A stretch of DNA of 64,000 nt. Source: Chiloscyllium plagiosum (Eukaryota). The DNA lies in NCBI RefSeq assembly GCF_004010195.1, contig NC_057753.1:13319979-13383978 (forward strand), given 5' to 3'. This document shows positions 37,301 through 48,099 of this stretch, one piece after another; the first letter of the stretch is position 1; each line of letters starts with the position of its first letter. Below the pieces are notes generated by a model. That model did no database searches and was not told where the DNA came from. It saw only the letters and a program-made list of their open reading frames with translations. Made by a program: the position numbers and the translations under genes.

Positions 37301-40300
37301 AGGGAGGCCGGAGGAGGTGACAGAGATAGGGAGGGGGTGTAGGGGCCAGAGGTGGTGACAAAGATAGGGAGGGATGTAGGGACTGGAGAAGGTTACAGAG
37401 ACATGGAGAGGTGTAGGGGCTGGAGGATGTTACAGAGATAGGGAGGGGTGTAGGGCTGGATGAGGCGACAGATAGGGAGCGATGTAGGGTCTGGAGGAGG
37501 TGACAGAGATAGGAGCTGGAGGAGGTGACAGAGAGATGGAGGGGTGTAGGGTGCTGGAGAGGATTACAGAGATAGGGATAGGGTGGAGGGGGTGACAGAG
37601 AGAAGGACGGAGAGAGAGAGAGAGGCAGTGGCTCTCAATGATGGAGGAGATGAGAGGCTCCCTCTCTCCATCCCTGACCTTCCTCATGCTGATGGAAGTC
37701 TCCAGTCCTGGGCGAACATCAAAGCCACCATCTTCCATGAAGGGGGAGCGACCGCGGGCATGAACCATCATCCGGGCTCCAGCTGCCGTCGACAGAAAAG
37801 GAATGGAGTCATTCTGTTCAATCCTGAGCACAAGGGACAGACCTGGGCATCACAGAGAGAGAGAGAGAGAGGTGGGGTAGAGAAAGAGGGGTGGGGGTGG
37901 GGGAGAGAAGGAGAGAAAGAGAGGGAGAGACAGAGAGAGAGCTTTAATCTATATCTGACCCCATGCTGTCCCTGTCCCTGGGAGTTTTTGATGGGGGACA
38001 GCATAGAGTGAGCTTTACACTTTATTTAACCCCTTGCTGTCTCTATCCTGGGAGTGTTTGATGGGGGACAGTGTAGGGGGAGCTTTACTCTCCAAGTTCA
38101 CTCACCATGGTCTTTTCCAGCCTGCGAGGATTCCCATTGTATGCTGCTATTAATTCCATTGAAGGTGTAACAGTTTCCATAAATTGGATGGTGAAAAGAT
38201 GTGTCAAAACTGGAATTAGTAAGAGAGATGGAGAAATCAGTGACATCCCTCACTCTCCATCTCTGTCATTCTCTGCCTCTCGGTGATCCCGTATCTATCC
38301 CTTTCCCTGTCCCATTCACCCTCGAATAAATCCCCTCTCTCCCTCTGACTCTCTCCCTGCCCTCTCTCTCTGTCACTCCCTTTCTCCATTTTCCCTCCTT
38401 CCTCACCACCCTCTCTCACTTCTCTCTCTCTGTGGTTCTGTGCCACAGAAAGGGCACAGCAGACATGTGGACTCTGTTTAAGGAGCAGTTGTTGCGAGTG
38501 ATGCATGAATTTGTTCATCTGAGACAGGTATGAAGGGGTAAGATTAAGGAGCCTTGGATGACGAGAACAGAGGATCTTCTCATCAAAAGGGAGAAGGCAG
38601 CTTATGTAAGGTGGAGGAAGCAAGGATCTAGCACAATTTTGGAGGATAACAGGCTTGCTAGAAAGGAGATCAGAAATGGACTGAGGAGAGCCAGGAGGGG
38701 GCACGAGAAAGGCTTGGCAGGAAGGATTCGGGAGAACTCAAAGGCATTTTACTCATACGTGAAGAATAAGAGAATGATCAGGGAAAAAGTAGGGCCGATC
38801 AGGGATAGCATAGGGAACTTGTGCGTGGAGTCTGAGCGGATAGGGGAAGCTCTGAATGAGTTTTTTGCCTCAGTTTTTACTAAGAAAATGGGCCTTGTTG
38901 AAAATGAGAACTTTGAGGAGCTGGAATATGGGCTTGAATAGATCAAGATTGATGAAGTTGACGTGTTGGAAATTTTGGCGAACATTAAGATTGATAAGTT
39001 CCCAGGGGCAGACCAGATTTATCCTAGGTTGCTCCGGGAAGCGAAAAAAGAGGTTGCTAAGCCGCTGGTGAAGATCTTTGCTTCCTCATTCTCCACAGGA
39101 GTCATTCTGGAGGATTGGAAGGAGGTGAATGGTGTTCCTCTTTTCAAGAAAGGTAATAGGGAAATCCCTGGCAATTACAGACCAGTCAGTCTTATGTCTG
39201 TGGTCAGCAAGGTTTTGGAAAGTATTCTGAGGGATAGGATTTATGACTATTTGGAAAAGCATAGCGTGATTAAAGGCAGTCAGCATGGCTTTGTGAGGGG
39301 CAGGTCATGCCTAACTAAGCTTATTGAGTTCTTTGATGAGGTGACAAGACAGGTCAACAAAGGTTGAGCAGTAGATGTGGTGAATATGGACTTCAGCAAG
39401 GCATTTGATACGGTGCCCCATGGTAGACTCATTCATAAAGTCAGGAGGTATGGGATACAGGGAGAACTTGGCTATCTGGATTCAGAATTGGTTGGCTAAC
39501 AGAAAGAAGGGAGTGGTTGCCAGGGCTTTGTTTTTGGGCCTCTGCAGTTTGTGGTTTTTATAAATGACTTGGATGAGGAGATTGAGGGGTGGGTTAGTAA
39601 ATTTGAGGATGACACAAAGGTTGGAGATGCTGTTGAAAGTATTAAGAGCTATTGCAGGCTGCAGCATGACATAGACAGGATGCAGAGCTGGGCTGAGAAA
39701 TGGCAGCTGGAGTTCAAACCAGATAAATGCGAAGTGATGCAATTTGGAAGGTCGAACTTGAATTCTGAATATAGGATTAAAGACAGGATCCTTGGCAGTG
39801 TGGAGGAACGGAGAGATTTTGGTGTTCAAGTACATAGATCCCTCAAAGTTGCCACCCAAGGGTTGCTCAGAAAGCATATGGTGTTTTGGCTTTCATTAAC
39901 AGGGGGATCCAGTTTAAGAGCTACGAGGTTTTGCTACAGCTCTGCAACACCCTGGTGAGGCCACATTTGGAATATTGTGTCCAGTTCTGATCGCCCTACC
40001 ATAGGAAAGATACAGAGGCTTTGGACTGGACTGGAGGGTTTATCTTATGAAGAGAGGTTGACTAAGCTTGGACTTTTCTCTCTGGAGAGAAGGAAGAAGA
40101 GAGGTGACCTGATCGAGGTATTCAAGGCAATAAGAGGCATGGAAAGAGTCAATAGGCAGAGACTTTTCCCCAGGGCAAGATTGACTGGGATGAGGGGTCA
40201 AAGTTTTAAGATATTAGGAGGAAGGTATGGAGGAGATGTCAGAGGTAGGTTCTTTACGCAGAGAGTTGTGAATGCATGGAATGCATTGCCAGCGATGATG

Positions 40301-43300
40301 GTGGAAGCAGAATTATTAGGAACATTTAAGTGCCTGCTGGACATGCACATGGACAGCAGTGAATTGAGGGGTGCGTAAGTAAGTTTTTTTATTCTACATT
40401 AGGATTAATCCTTGGCACAACATCGTAAGCCGAAGGGCCTGTTCTGTGCTGTACTTTTCTATGTTCTATGTTCTTTCTCTCTTGCTCTCCTCCCCCACCC
40501 TCTACCCTGTCTCCCTTACCTCCCTCTCTGTCAGAAAACATGAAAATGCTCTAACGCCTGCAACAAGCATAATAACCCTATTTTTCTGGTGTATATAAAG
40601 TCTTTTTAAAAATAGCTAATTATCCGTTCAGTTCCATCAACATCTTACAGCATCAATAGAGCACCTAACCCCTACACCGCTAACATCGATTGCAACTTTG
40701 AAGTGTTTCGAAAATGGTGTAGTTAGAAAAGATGTGTAGATTAATATGATTTTTTAAGTTCCCAAATACCTCTTGACATTATTCTGTCCACCGTAATCTC
40801 GTTTCCTTCTTTCGTAAATCTTTCAGTGGTGCCAACATGCTGCAGAACTTTGGAAATCTTGTGAGAGAATCCGCTCAGAAACAAAAAAGAAAATAAAATC
40901 TTCTTTCAACAAATTTTGTCGTGGAAATTCCTCGACGGCTTTCGGCTTCACGCTGCTTGGGGTCACGCATCCATGCCTGATGTTATGTCCGAAGGTCGTC
41001 AACTCTTCTTTCGTGAATTCTTTTGTCTTTCATTTTATTACCACTTTCTTTTTCGCTTCATTCAAAGAGCTTTGTCCTTTCCATGAAGGTTTAAGGATCA
41101 TCACATCATGCGCATAAACTGTATTATTTCTTAATCCAGCCACAACTCTGTTCATGAGTCTTTGGCAAGTGGCTGGTGTGTTCTTCAAACAAAGAACTTC
41201 ACTTTGAATGGATATTGCCCATTTGGGATTACAAACGTAGAAACTTGTTTTGACATCTCTGATAAAGGAACCTGCCACTAACCACGCAGTTAGTCCAACT
41301 TCCTATTGCTTCTGTCATACCCAACTTTCTCTACGCTGTTCTACAAACTTGGCATTGAACAAGAGTCTGATTTAGATTCAGTGTTGCCCTTCCAATATTC
41401 GACGCAAAATCTTTGAATCCAAGCAGATATCAGTGAACTCCACTCCCTCTGACTCGGTTGGACGATGTCTTCGTTGAGCATTTCATCCACTTGCTAATGG
41501 AGATGTGTGGCTTTGTGAAGTATTGCAAGTTAAGCACGTCAGGGTGTCTTTTTATTGGAACAGTATTCCATCCTTACACGACTTGCACAGTAGCATTAGT
41601 CCTTCTCATTTTATTCCTGCATCTTCTCATTCTGCTGCAAAAAAATTGTCTTTCTGTCTCTCTCTCTCTCTCTCTCTCCCTCACCTCTCCCGACAGGCGA
41701 AGCCGTTGAACCGACAATCCTGGACGAACTCTCCCATCCTCGCCTCGTCTGAGGGTGCTGCATCGAGGGAGATGCGTGCCATGAGGTTCACGTAGTGGAA
41801 GGTGTACCACTCCCTCAGGGCATCCACGCCGGACGAGTGCCAGTTGTAAAAGCAGTCTCCGCCGGTGGAATTGCACTGTGCATGGGGATCGGTGGGGTGT
41901 ATGGAGAGGTGGGGGGATGTGGGGACAAGGTGGGGAAAGGGTGGGGAGGGGGTTAGAAAAGAGAGTAGCTGAAAGCAATTGGGGGAATGCCTCACCCGCG
42001 ACTGTCTGGGGTCTCCATGGTCTGGTGGAGGGCACTGGAAGGCATTACTGTGCCGCCCCACCAGGTCGGTCAACCGGTCGAAACGGGATCCGTGCTCAGC
42101 CGGGAAGAGGTTCTCGGTCAGGGCACCCCTGAACGATCTGAGAATGTTCTCTTCCCCCTCCACCAGAACTTACCAGCTCGAAGCCGATCTTCCAGGAGCT
42201 GTTTCGGGTCAGGGGTGGGTTGTGGGCCCAGGGATCGCCCTCGCCGCCGCCGCCACCCCCCCGCCGGGGCCCGATCTCCAGGGCCGGCGAGCCGTGCCGC
42301 CCCTCTGGGTTGATCAGCCGCAGGCCCAGGCGCCGTGGGATGGCAGCCCGGCGATCCTGGGTGGGTGGCGTGGCTGCTCCATTCCCGGGGCCCCGGTAAC
42401 CGTACAGGAAGTACAGCGCCTCCCGGGTCAACAGGTCCAGTTCCCTCAGGTTGGCACTTACCTCCTTGTACCTGCAGGGGGCACAAATATATTCATGTCA
42501 GGTTTGGTAAGGGGTAGAGAGAGCTTTACTTTGTCGGGAGTGTGGTGCTGGAAAAGCACAGCAGGTCAGGCAGCATCCGAGGAGCGGGGAAGTCGACGTT
42601 TCGGGCCGGAGCCCTTCATCGGATTCCGAAACGTCAATTTTCCTGCTCCTCGGATGTTGCCTGGCCTGCTGTGCTTTTCCTGCAACACACTCTCAACTCG
42701 GATCTCCAGCAACTGCAGACCTCGCTGTCCTCTAGGAGCTTTTCTCTGTATCTAACCCCGTGTTGTCCCTATTCGAGGAATGTTTAATTGACACAGTGTA
42801 GAGGAAACCTCACTGTGTCTAACCCCGTGCTGTGCCTGTCCCTGGGAGTGTGTGATGGGGGGGGCCACAATGTAGAGTAGACTTTACTCGGTTTGCTACC
42901 CCATGCTGTTCCTGTCTGTGGGAGTGTTTGGTGGGGACTGTATACAGTAAGCTTTACACTGTAACTGATGCCATGCTGTGCCTGAGAGTGTTTGACGGGG
43001 GGTACAGTGTAGAGGGAGCTTTACTCTGTATCTAACCCCGTGCTGTCCCTGTCCCTGGGATGGGGGGACAGTGTAGAGGGAGCTTTACTCTGTATCTAAT
43101 CCCATGCTGTCCCTGACTTGGAAGTGTTTGATGGAGAGACAATACAGAAGGAGCTTTACTCTGTGTCGAGCCTGGTCTGTACTTGTCCTGGGAGTGTTTG
43201 ATGGTGGAAAGAGTAGAGTGAGATTTTCTCTGTATCTAACCCTGTGCTGTCCTTGTCCTGGGAGTGTTTGGTGGGTGTAGAGGGAGCTTTACTCTGTATC

Positions 43301-43896
43301 TAANNNNNNNNNNNNNNNNNNNNACTCTGTGTGGTCCCTGACCTGGCAGTGTTCAATGGGGGGACAATGTAGAAACAGCATTACTCTGTATCTCACCCCA
43401 TGCTGTCACTGTCCTGGCAGTGTTTGATGGGAGAGCAGTGTAGAAAAATCTTTATTCTGTGTCTAACCCTGTTCTGTACCTGTCCTGGGAGTGTTTGATG
43501 GTTGGGGGTAGGGTTGACACCGTAGAGAGAGCCTTACCTGTACGGGTTGAGAGTACAGATGGTGACAGCGGGGAACTCTATCTTGCCACTGTGGATCGAG
43601 AGTGAAATTTGAACGGGGAACTGTAGGTACTGCCGACAGATGAGGCCAAACTGCCAGTACATGGCACCCAGGGTGAGTGCCAGGATGGCTGCCCATAGGC
43701 CGGTTTTCATTCGATTGCCCTCAGTACAGATCAGCCTTACCGCCCCATGGATGGTGGTCGTGCTACAGAAGGTGCTCAGAGCCTCAGTGAATGAGGATGG
43801 CATCTTCAGCCAGCTTTTGGTCTCCTCCGTCGTCTTGGCCTCACCCCTCTCCTGGCTCTCCCCCTCGTCTTCCGGACTGCTCTCCTTTTCTGGCAT
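34127..43896 (-). CDS. SCNN1A: Amiloride-sensitive epithelial sodium channel, alpha(/delta)-type subunit; 12 coding exons, 1812 nt, 603 aa
   Basis: All introns are GT-AG with consistent phases. Motifs: TIHG gating motif, [21 protein letters not shown], Cys-rich thumb and TM2 [11 protein letters not shown]. The Ser at the amiloride site marks an alpha/delta subunit, not beta or gamma. Alpha versus delta orthology is not proven. Confidence 0.9.
34681..34756 (-). CDS. SCNN1A: ENaC coding exon 11
   Basis: [25 protein letters not shown], 76 nt. Confidence 0.92.
34922..34974 (-). CDS. SCNN1A: ENaC coding exon 10
   Basis: [17 protein letters not shown](R), 53 nt; phases fit both neighbours. Confidence 0.85.
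35231..35288 (-). CDS. SCNN1A: ENaC coding exon 9
   Basis: [19 protein letters not shown], 58 nt. Confidence 0.9.
35535..35613 (-). CDS. SCNN1A: ENaC coding exon 8
   Basis: [26 protein letters not shown], 79 nt. Confidence 0.92.
35690..37035. repeat. Degenerate minisatellites (unit about 35-40 bp) flanking ENaC exon 7
   Basis: Recurring ttagcaacaggcccaaa at 35690-36430 and agcaataggcccaggagcctgaggcctaag at 36640-37035. Confidence 0.75.
36437..36554 (-). CDS. SCNN1A: ENaC coding exon 7
   Basis: [39 protein letters not shown], 118 nt, AAG acceptor. Confidence 0.92.
37136..37234 (-). CDS. SCNN1A: ENaC coding exon 6
   Basis: [24 protein letters not shown], 99 nt. Confidence 0.92.
37275..37600. 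repeat. Purine-rich minisatellite, unit about 37 bp
   Basis: Repeats of gtgacagagatagggaggggtgtaggggctggaggag. Confidence 0.85.
37679..37842 (-). CDS. SCNN1A: ENaC coding exon 5
   Basis: [29 protein letters not shown], 164 nt. Confidence 0.92.
38106..38209 (-). CDS. SCNN1A: ENaC coding exon 4
   Basis: [34 protein letters not shown], 104 nt. Not in the ORF track. Confidence 0.92.
38530..40472 (+). mobile_element. CR1/HER1 LINE ORF2 3' half in ENaC intron 3
   Basis: [31 protein letters not shown] and FINDLD..KFEDDTK, with a (ttctatg)n tail. Confidence 0.95.
40530..41420 (-). mobile_element. Degenerate Gypsy/Ty3 LTR-retrotransposon pol (RT/RNase H) fragment
   Basis: [24 protein letters not shown] resembles [29 protein letters not shown] resembles the RNase H start. 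Confidence 0.7.
41685..41875 (-). CDS. SCNN1A: ENaC coding exon 3
   Basis: [33 protein letters not shown], 191 nt. Confidence 0.92.
42174..42471 (-). CDS. SCNN1A: ENaC coding exon 2 (finger/GRIP region)
   Basis: ctgcag|[20 protein letters not shown]|gtaagt, 298 nt. Confidence 0.9.
42540..42730. mobile_element. Penelope-like short palindromic element
   Basis: Inverted arms tgctggaaaagcacagcaggtcaggcagcatccgaggag / ctcctcggatgttgcctggcctgctgtgcttttcc. Confidence 0.75.
42735..43530. repeat. Minisatellite, unit about 65-68 bp, in ENaC intron 1; contains a 20-N gap at 43304-43323
   Basis: Repeats of agctttactctgtatctaaccccgtgctgtccctgtcctgggagtgtttgatggggacagtgtagaggg. Further units at 37940-38090 and 44970-45065. 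Confidence 0.9.
43538..43896 (-). CDS. SCNN1A: ENaC coding exon 1 (N-terminus, HG motif, TM1)
   Basis: [29 protein letters not shown](R). Donor AG|GTAAGG; acceptor CAG at 43899-43901. Confidence 0.92.
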
Positions 43897-44079
43897 CTCT
43901 GTGCGAGAGGAAGGGAGAGTGTGAGAGGTGTGTGTGTGTGTGTGTGTTAGACAGAGAGGGGTGGGGAGGGCATGGGGGTGGTAAGGGAAGGGGAAGGAAA
44001 GAGCGGGAGGGAAGATGGGAGAGAGAAAGGGACAGAGGCTGGGAGATAGTCACTGTCTCCCTCCCTCTCAGTGTCTCAC

Positions 44080-44176
44080 TGCCATCGGCTCCTGGCTCAG
44101 ACATGTTGCAGGGATTGAGGCTGGGTCAATGGGAACTGCCTCGCTCCCAATTCAAACCAGTGCAACCCAGACATGC
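44080..44176 (-). other. Candidate upstream ENaC exon with in-frame ATG at 44104
   Basis: ctcag|..caacATG TCT GAG CCA GGA GCC GAT GGC A|gtgaga would splice in phase to the acceptor at 43898, giving MSEPGADGK-MPEK.. Confidence 0.45.
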
Positions 44177-44549
44177 CTGAGGCGCCCACAGGAAGAATGT
44201 AGAGAGATCGAGATGGAGGGAAGGAGAGAGACAAACAGAGAGAGCGAGAGAGAGAGACGGAGAGAAAGTCCCATTCACACACTGTCTGGCTTTTCCTCTC
44301 TGTTCCCCCATCTGAACTCTTTCTCTCTGTGTCTCTCTCACCCAGTCTGTGTGTTGAATCTCACCTGGATTTTTTAACTGTCTCTGTCTCTGTGTGTGTC
44401 ACTCTCTCACCAGCGTCTCACTGCGATCCGTTCCTGGCTCAGACAACAAGCTAGAATTGGGGCTGGGTCAGTGAGAACTGGATTACTCCTGGTTCAAACC
44501 AGTGTAACCCAAACAGATGCCTGAGGGCAGTATGGACAAAAGATTGTAG

Positions 44550-44585
44550 AGAGATCAAGAGGGAGGGAGGGAGGTAGATAGACAC

Positions 44586-44618
<33 letters not shown>

Positions 44619-44872
44619 AACACAGAGAGAGAGGGAAAGAGAGGCAGAGACAAAGATTCAGAGAAAGAGGGAGAGACAGAGGCAGACAGTGAGAGAGACA
44701 CACACGCAGATGGAGAGAGAACAACAGAGAGATATACACATAAAGAGAGAGAGAGATACAGACTGAGAGAAGTAGAAAGTGAGAGAGATACTGACCGGGC
44801 AAAAGAGAGAAGGAGAGAGAGGAGGAGAGAAAGCAAGAGAGGGGAAATAGAGACAGTGAGAGAAAGAGAGGC
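44550..44872. repeat. (GA)n-rich low-complexity tract
   Basis: Polypurine repeat. Confidence 0.85.
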
Positions 44873-45067
44873 AGTTAGATTATTCAAATGCCGATTGGCA
44901 AAATCTCTTTCAGATCAATGCAATTTTTATTGAGGCAGATCCACCCATCAGCATATTACAGGGCACTGTGCTTTGTATCTAACCCCATGCTGGCCATCTG
45001 CTGGGAATGTTTGATGGGGGGTGGAGGATGTGTAGTGTCAAGGAAGCTTTAGTCTGCATCTAAGCTG

Positions 45068-47055
45068 TATGGAGGCTTTTAGCCTCTCAGATGTAGATCG
45101 TGGTGGATACAAAATGCAGGTTAATGACTGTCCTGCTGCCTAGGAACCACAGTAGGCCTGTGGCCTACTTTCTCGACACATGATGGTGAAGACCAGAGAT
45201 TGTTGGCTCCATGACATAGAGTCAAATGCCCAGAGAGTCGATACCCATGACGAGCATCAGCTCACTGATGTTATATAGTGTAGGAACTAAGATCTGTCTT
45301 CCTGGTTGGCTGGGGATTCGCTGAAGGCCGATTTTTCCCAAAGCCTCAATAGGGTAGGCCACAGTATGGCTGAAGTCAGGGGAGGGGTGGGGTGGAGACC
45401 CGAAGAGAAAAACAAACTTTACCAGCACAGGAATTGAAACCTAGCCCAGTAGGCCCCATGGTATAAAAGGAATTAGTTTGATAGCCTGAGGGTGGTTCGT
45501 TTAATTTATACAGAATAACAGATACCTGGGAGGGAGTTACAAACTGGAATCTAATCGAGGGGTTTGAGGTTGTTTATATATAGAATAACAGATACCCACG
45601 ATTAAGTTATAGACTGGAATCTATCCAAAAGGTTCTGGGTGGTTTAGAGATAGAACAACAATACCAGGGAGTGAGGTACAGACCAGAATCAATCAATGGG
45701 TTTATGTTCAGAATAACATGTACCCGGGAAGGTGTTACAGACTGGAATCTATTCGAGTAGATTGAGGTGTGGAGTGGGGGGTAGGATAGTTTATATACAG
45801 AATAACAGCTACCCCGGAGTGATTCACAGTCTGGAATCTATTCAAGGTATTCCAGATGATTTATATACAGAATAACAGCTCCCCGGGAGGGAGTTACAGA
45901 CTGGAATCTAATCAAGGGGTTCGGGATGGTTTATATACAGAATAACAGATACCCGGGAGGGAGTTACAGACTGGAATCTCATCCAGGGGTTCGGAGTGGG
46001 GTTTATATGCAGAATAACAGATATCCCGGAGTGATTCACAGTCTGGAATCTATTCAAGGTGTTCCAGATGGTTTATATACAGAACAACAGATACCCCGGG
46101 AGGGAGTTACAGACTGGAATCTAATCGAGGGGTTCGGGGTGGTTTATATACAGAATAACAGATACCCGGGAGGGAGTTGCAGACTGGAATCTAATTGAGG
46201 GGTTCGGGGTGGGGTTTATATACAGAATAACAATACCCGGGAGGGAGTTACAGACTGGAATCTAATTGAGGGGTACGGGGTGGTTTATATACAGAATAAC
46301 AGATACCCGAGAGGGAGTTACAGACTGGAATCTAATCAAGGGTTTGGGATGGTTTATATACAGAATAACAGATACTCGGGAGGGAGTTACCGACTTGAAT
46401 CTAATTGAGGAGTTTAATGGGAGGGTGGACTTAATATACTGCATAACGGATACCTGGGAGTGAGTTACAGATTGGAAACTAAGTAAGTGGTTCAGGGGAA
46501 TTTATATAAGGAATAACAGATACCTGGAATCTGGGGTATCTGTTATTCTATATATAAATGACCCCAAACCCCTTGATTAGATTCCAGTTTGTAACTCCCT
46601 CCCAGGTATCTGTTATTCTGTATAAATTAAACGAACCACCCTCAGGCTATCAAACTAATTCCTTTTATACCATGGGGCCTACTGGGCTAGGTTTGAATTC
46701 CTGTGCTGGTAAAGTTTGTTTTTCTCTTTGGATCTCCACCCCCCCGACTTCAGCCATACTGTGGCCTACCCTATTGAGGCTTTGGGAAAAATCGGCCTTC
46801 AGTGAATCCCCAGCCAACAGGGAAGACAGATCTTAGTTCCTATACTATATAACATCAGTGAGCTGATGCTCATCATGGGTGTCGACTCTCTGGGCATTTG
46901 ACTCTATGTCATGGAGCCAACAATCTCTGGTCTTCACCATCATATGTCGCGAAAGTAGGCCACAGGCCTACTGTGATTCCTAGGCAGCAGGACAGTCATT
47001 AACCTGCATTTCGTATCCACCACGATCTACACCTGAGAGGCTAAAAACCTCCATA
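45068..47055. repeat. Inverted repeat, arms 45068-45597 and 46534-47055
   Basis: The arms are high-identity reverse complements, e.g. tatggaggcttttagcctctcag versus ctgagaggctaaaaacctccata. Confidence 0.92.
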
Positions 47056-47160
47056 GGGAATGAGTTACAGACTGGAAGCTAATTGAGGGGATTGGAGTGG
47101 TTTATATACAGAATAACAGACACCGGGAGTAAGTTACAGACTGAATCTAATCGAGGGGTT
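45490..47160. repeat. Minisatellite, unit about 64-68 bp
   Basis: Repeats of ggtttatatacagaataacagatacccgggagggagttacagactggaatctaatcgaggggttcgggg. Confidence 0.93.
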
Positions 47161-47179
47161 TTTGATGCCCCGCCTTTGA

Positions 47180-47480
47180 CATAGGGGAGTCCAAAACGAG
47201 AGGATATGGGTTTAAGGTGTGAGGAGAAAGATTTGAAAAGATTCTGAGGTGTTTTAGTTTCACACAGAGGGTGCTGTGTGCATGGAATGAGCTGTCAGAG
47301 GAAGTGGTGGAGGCTGGTACAATTTCAACATTTAAGAGACATCTGGATGGGGACATGAATTACAGGTTTACAGGACCTTGGACCAAGTGCTTAAAAATAG
47401 GACCAGGTCAGAATGGGATGACTGATTGGTGTGGATGAGTTGGACCAAAGGGTCTGTTTCTGTTCTGTATGACTCTATGA
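47180..47480 (+). mobile_element. CR1 3' end
   Basis: ttcacacagagggtg..tggaatgagctg, with a (tgactcta)n tail. Confidence 0.85.
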
Positions 47481-48085
47481 ATGAGTCCTTTCCCATACTC
47501 GGAGCAGGTGAATGGCCCCACCTCAGTGCGAACTTTCTGGTGTCAAGATTATAATTGATTAGATTCCCTACAGTGTGGAAACAGGACCTTCGGCCCAACC
47601 AGTCCACATCGACCCTCCAAAGAGTAACCCACCCAGACCCATTTCCCTCTGACTAATGCACCTAACACTACGGGCAATTTAGCATGGCCAGTTTACCTGC
47701 CCTGCACATCTTTGGACTGTGGGTGGAAACCGGAGCACCCGGAGGAAACCCACGCAGACACGGGGAGATTGTGCAAACTCCACACAGACAGCTGCCCGAG
47801 GCTGCAATCGAACCTGAGACCCTGGTGCTGTGAGGCAGCAATGCTAACCACTGAGTCACCGTTAACAGATTCCCTTTGTTTATGGGGCCTTTTCTCACAG
47901 TTGGAACATATTAAAGGTCTCTTAACTTGAGTGAAAGAGTCATGTTAGGTGAGATTGAAGAGTTGAGTGAATGAATCCCTTCCCAAACTCCTCATATTTC
48001 AATGTTTTCTCCATTGGGCTAATGTCCTTTTGACTTTCCGGACTGAATGATTGATTGGAGTCACATCAACATGCAGAACACGTGA
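47480..48085 (-). pseudogene. Zinc-finger gene relic interrupted by a SINE
   Basis: ..ggacattagcccaatggagaaaac..gagtttgggaagggattcattcactc.. and ccattcacctgctccgagtatgggaaagg. Confidence 0.6.
47555..47860 (-). mobile_element. HE1-like V-SINE
   Basis: Head, V-domain and tail. Confidence 0.88.
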
Positions 48086-48099
48086 ACTGTGATTTTAGA

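Noticed and set aside
41979-42755. 258-aa plus-strand ORF antisense to ENaC exon 2
   Set aside because: Explained by high GC content and overlap with a repeat; no recognisable domain.
45490-46530. CRISPR-like periodic array
   Set aside because: The units repeat in full with no unique spacers, there are no cas genes, and the context is vertebrate. It is a minisatellite.
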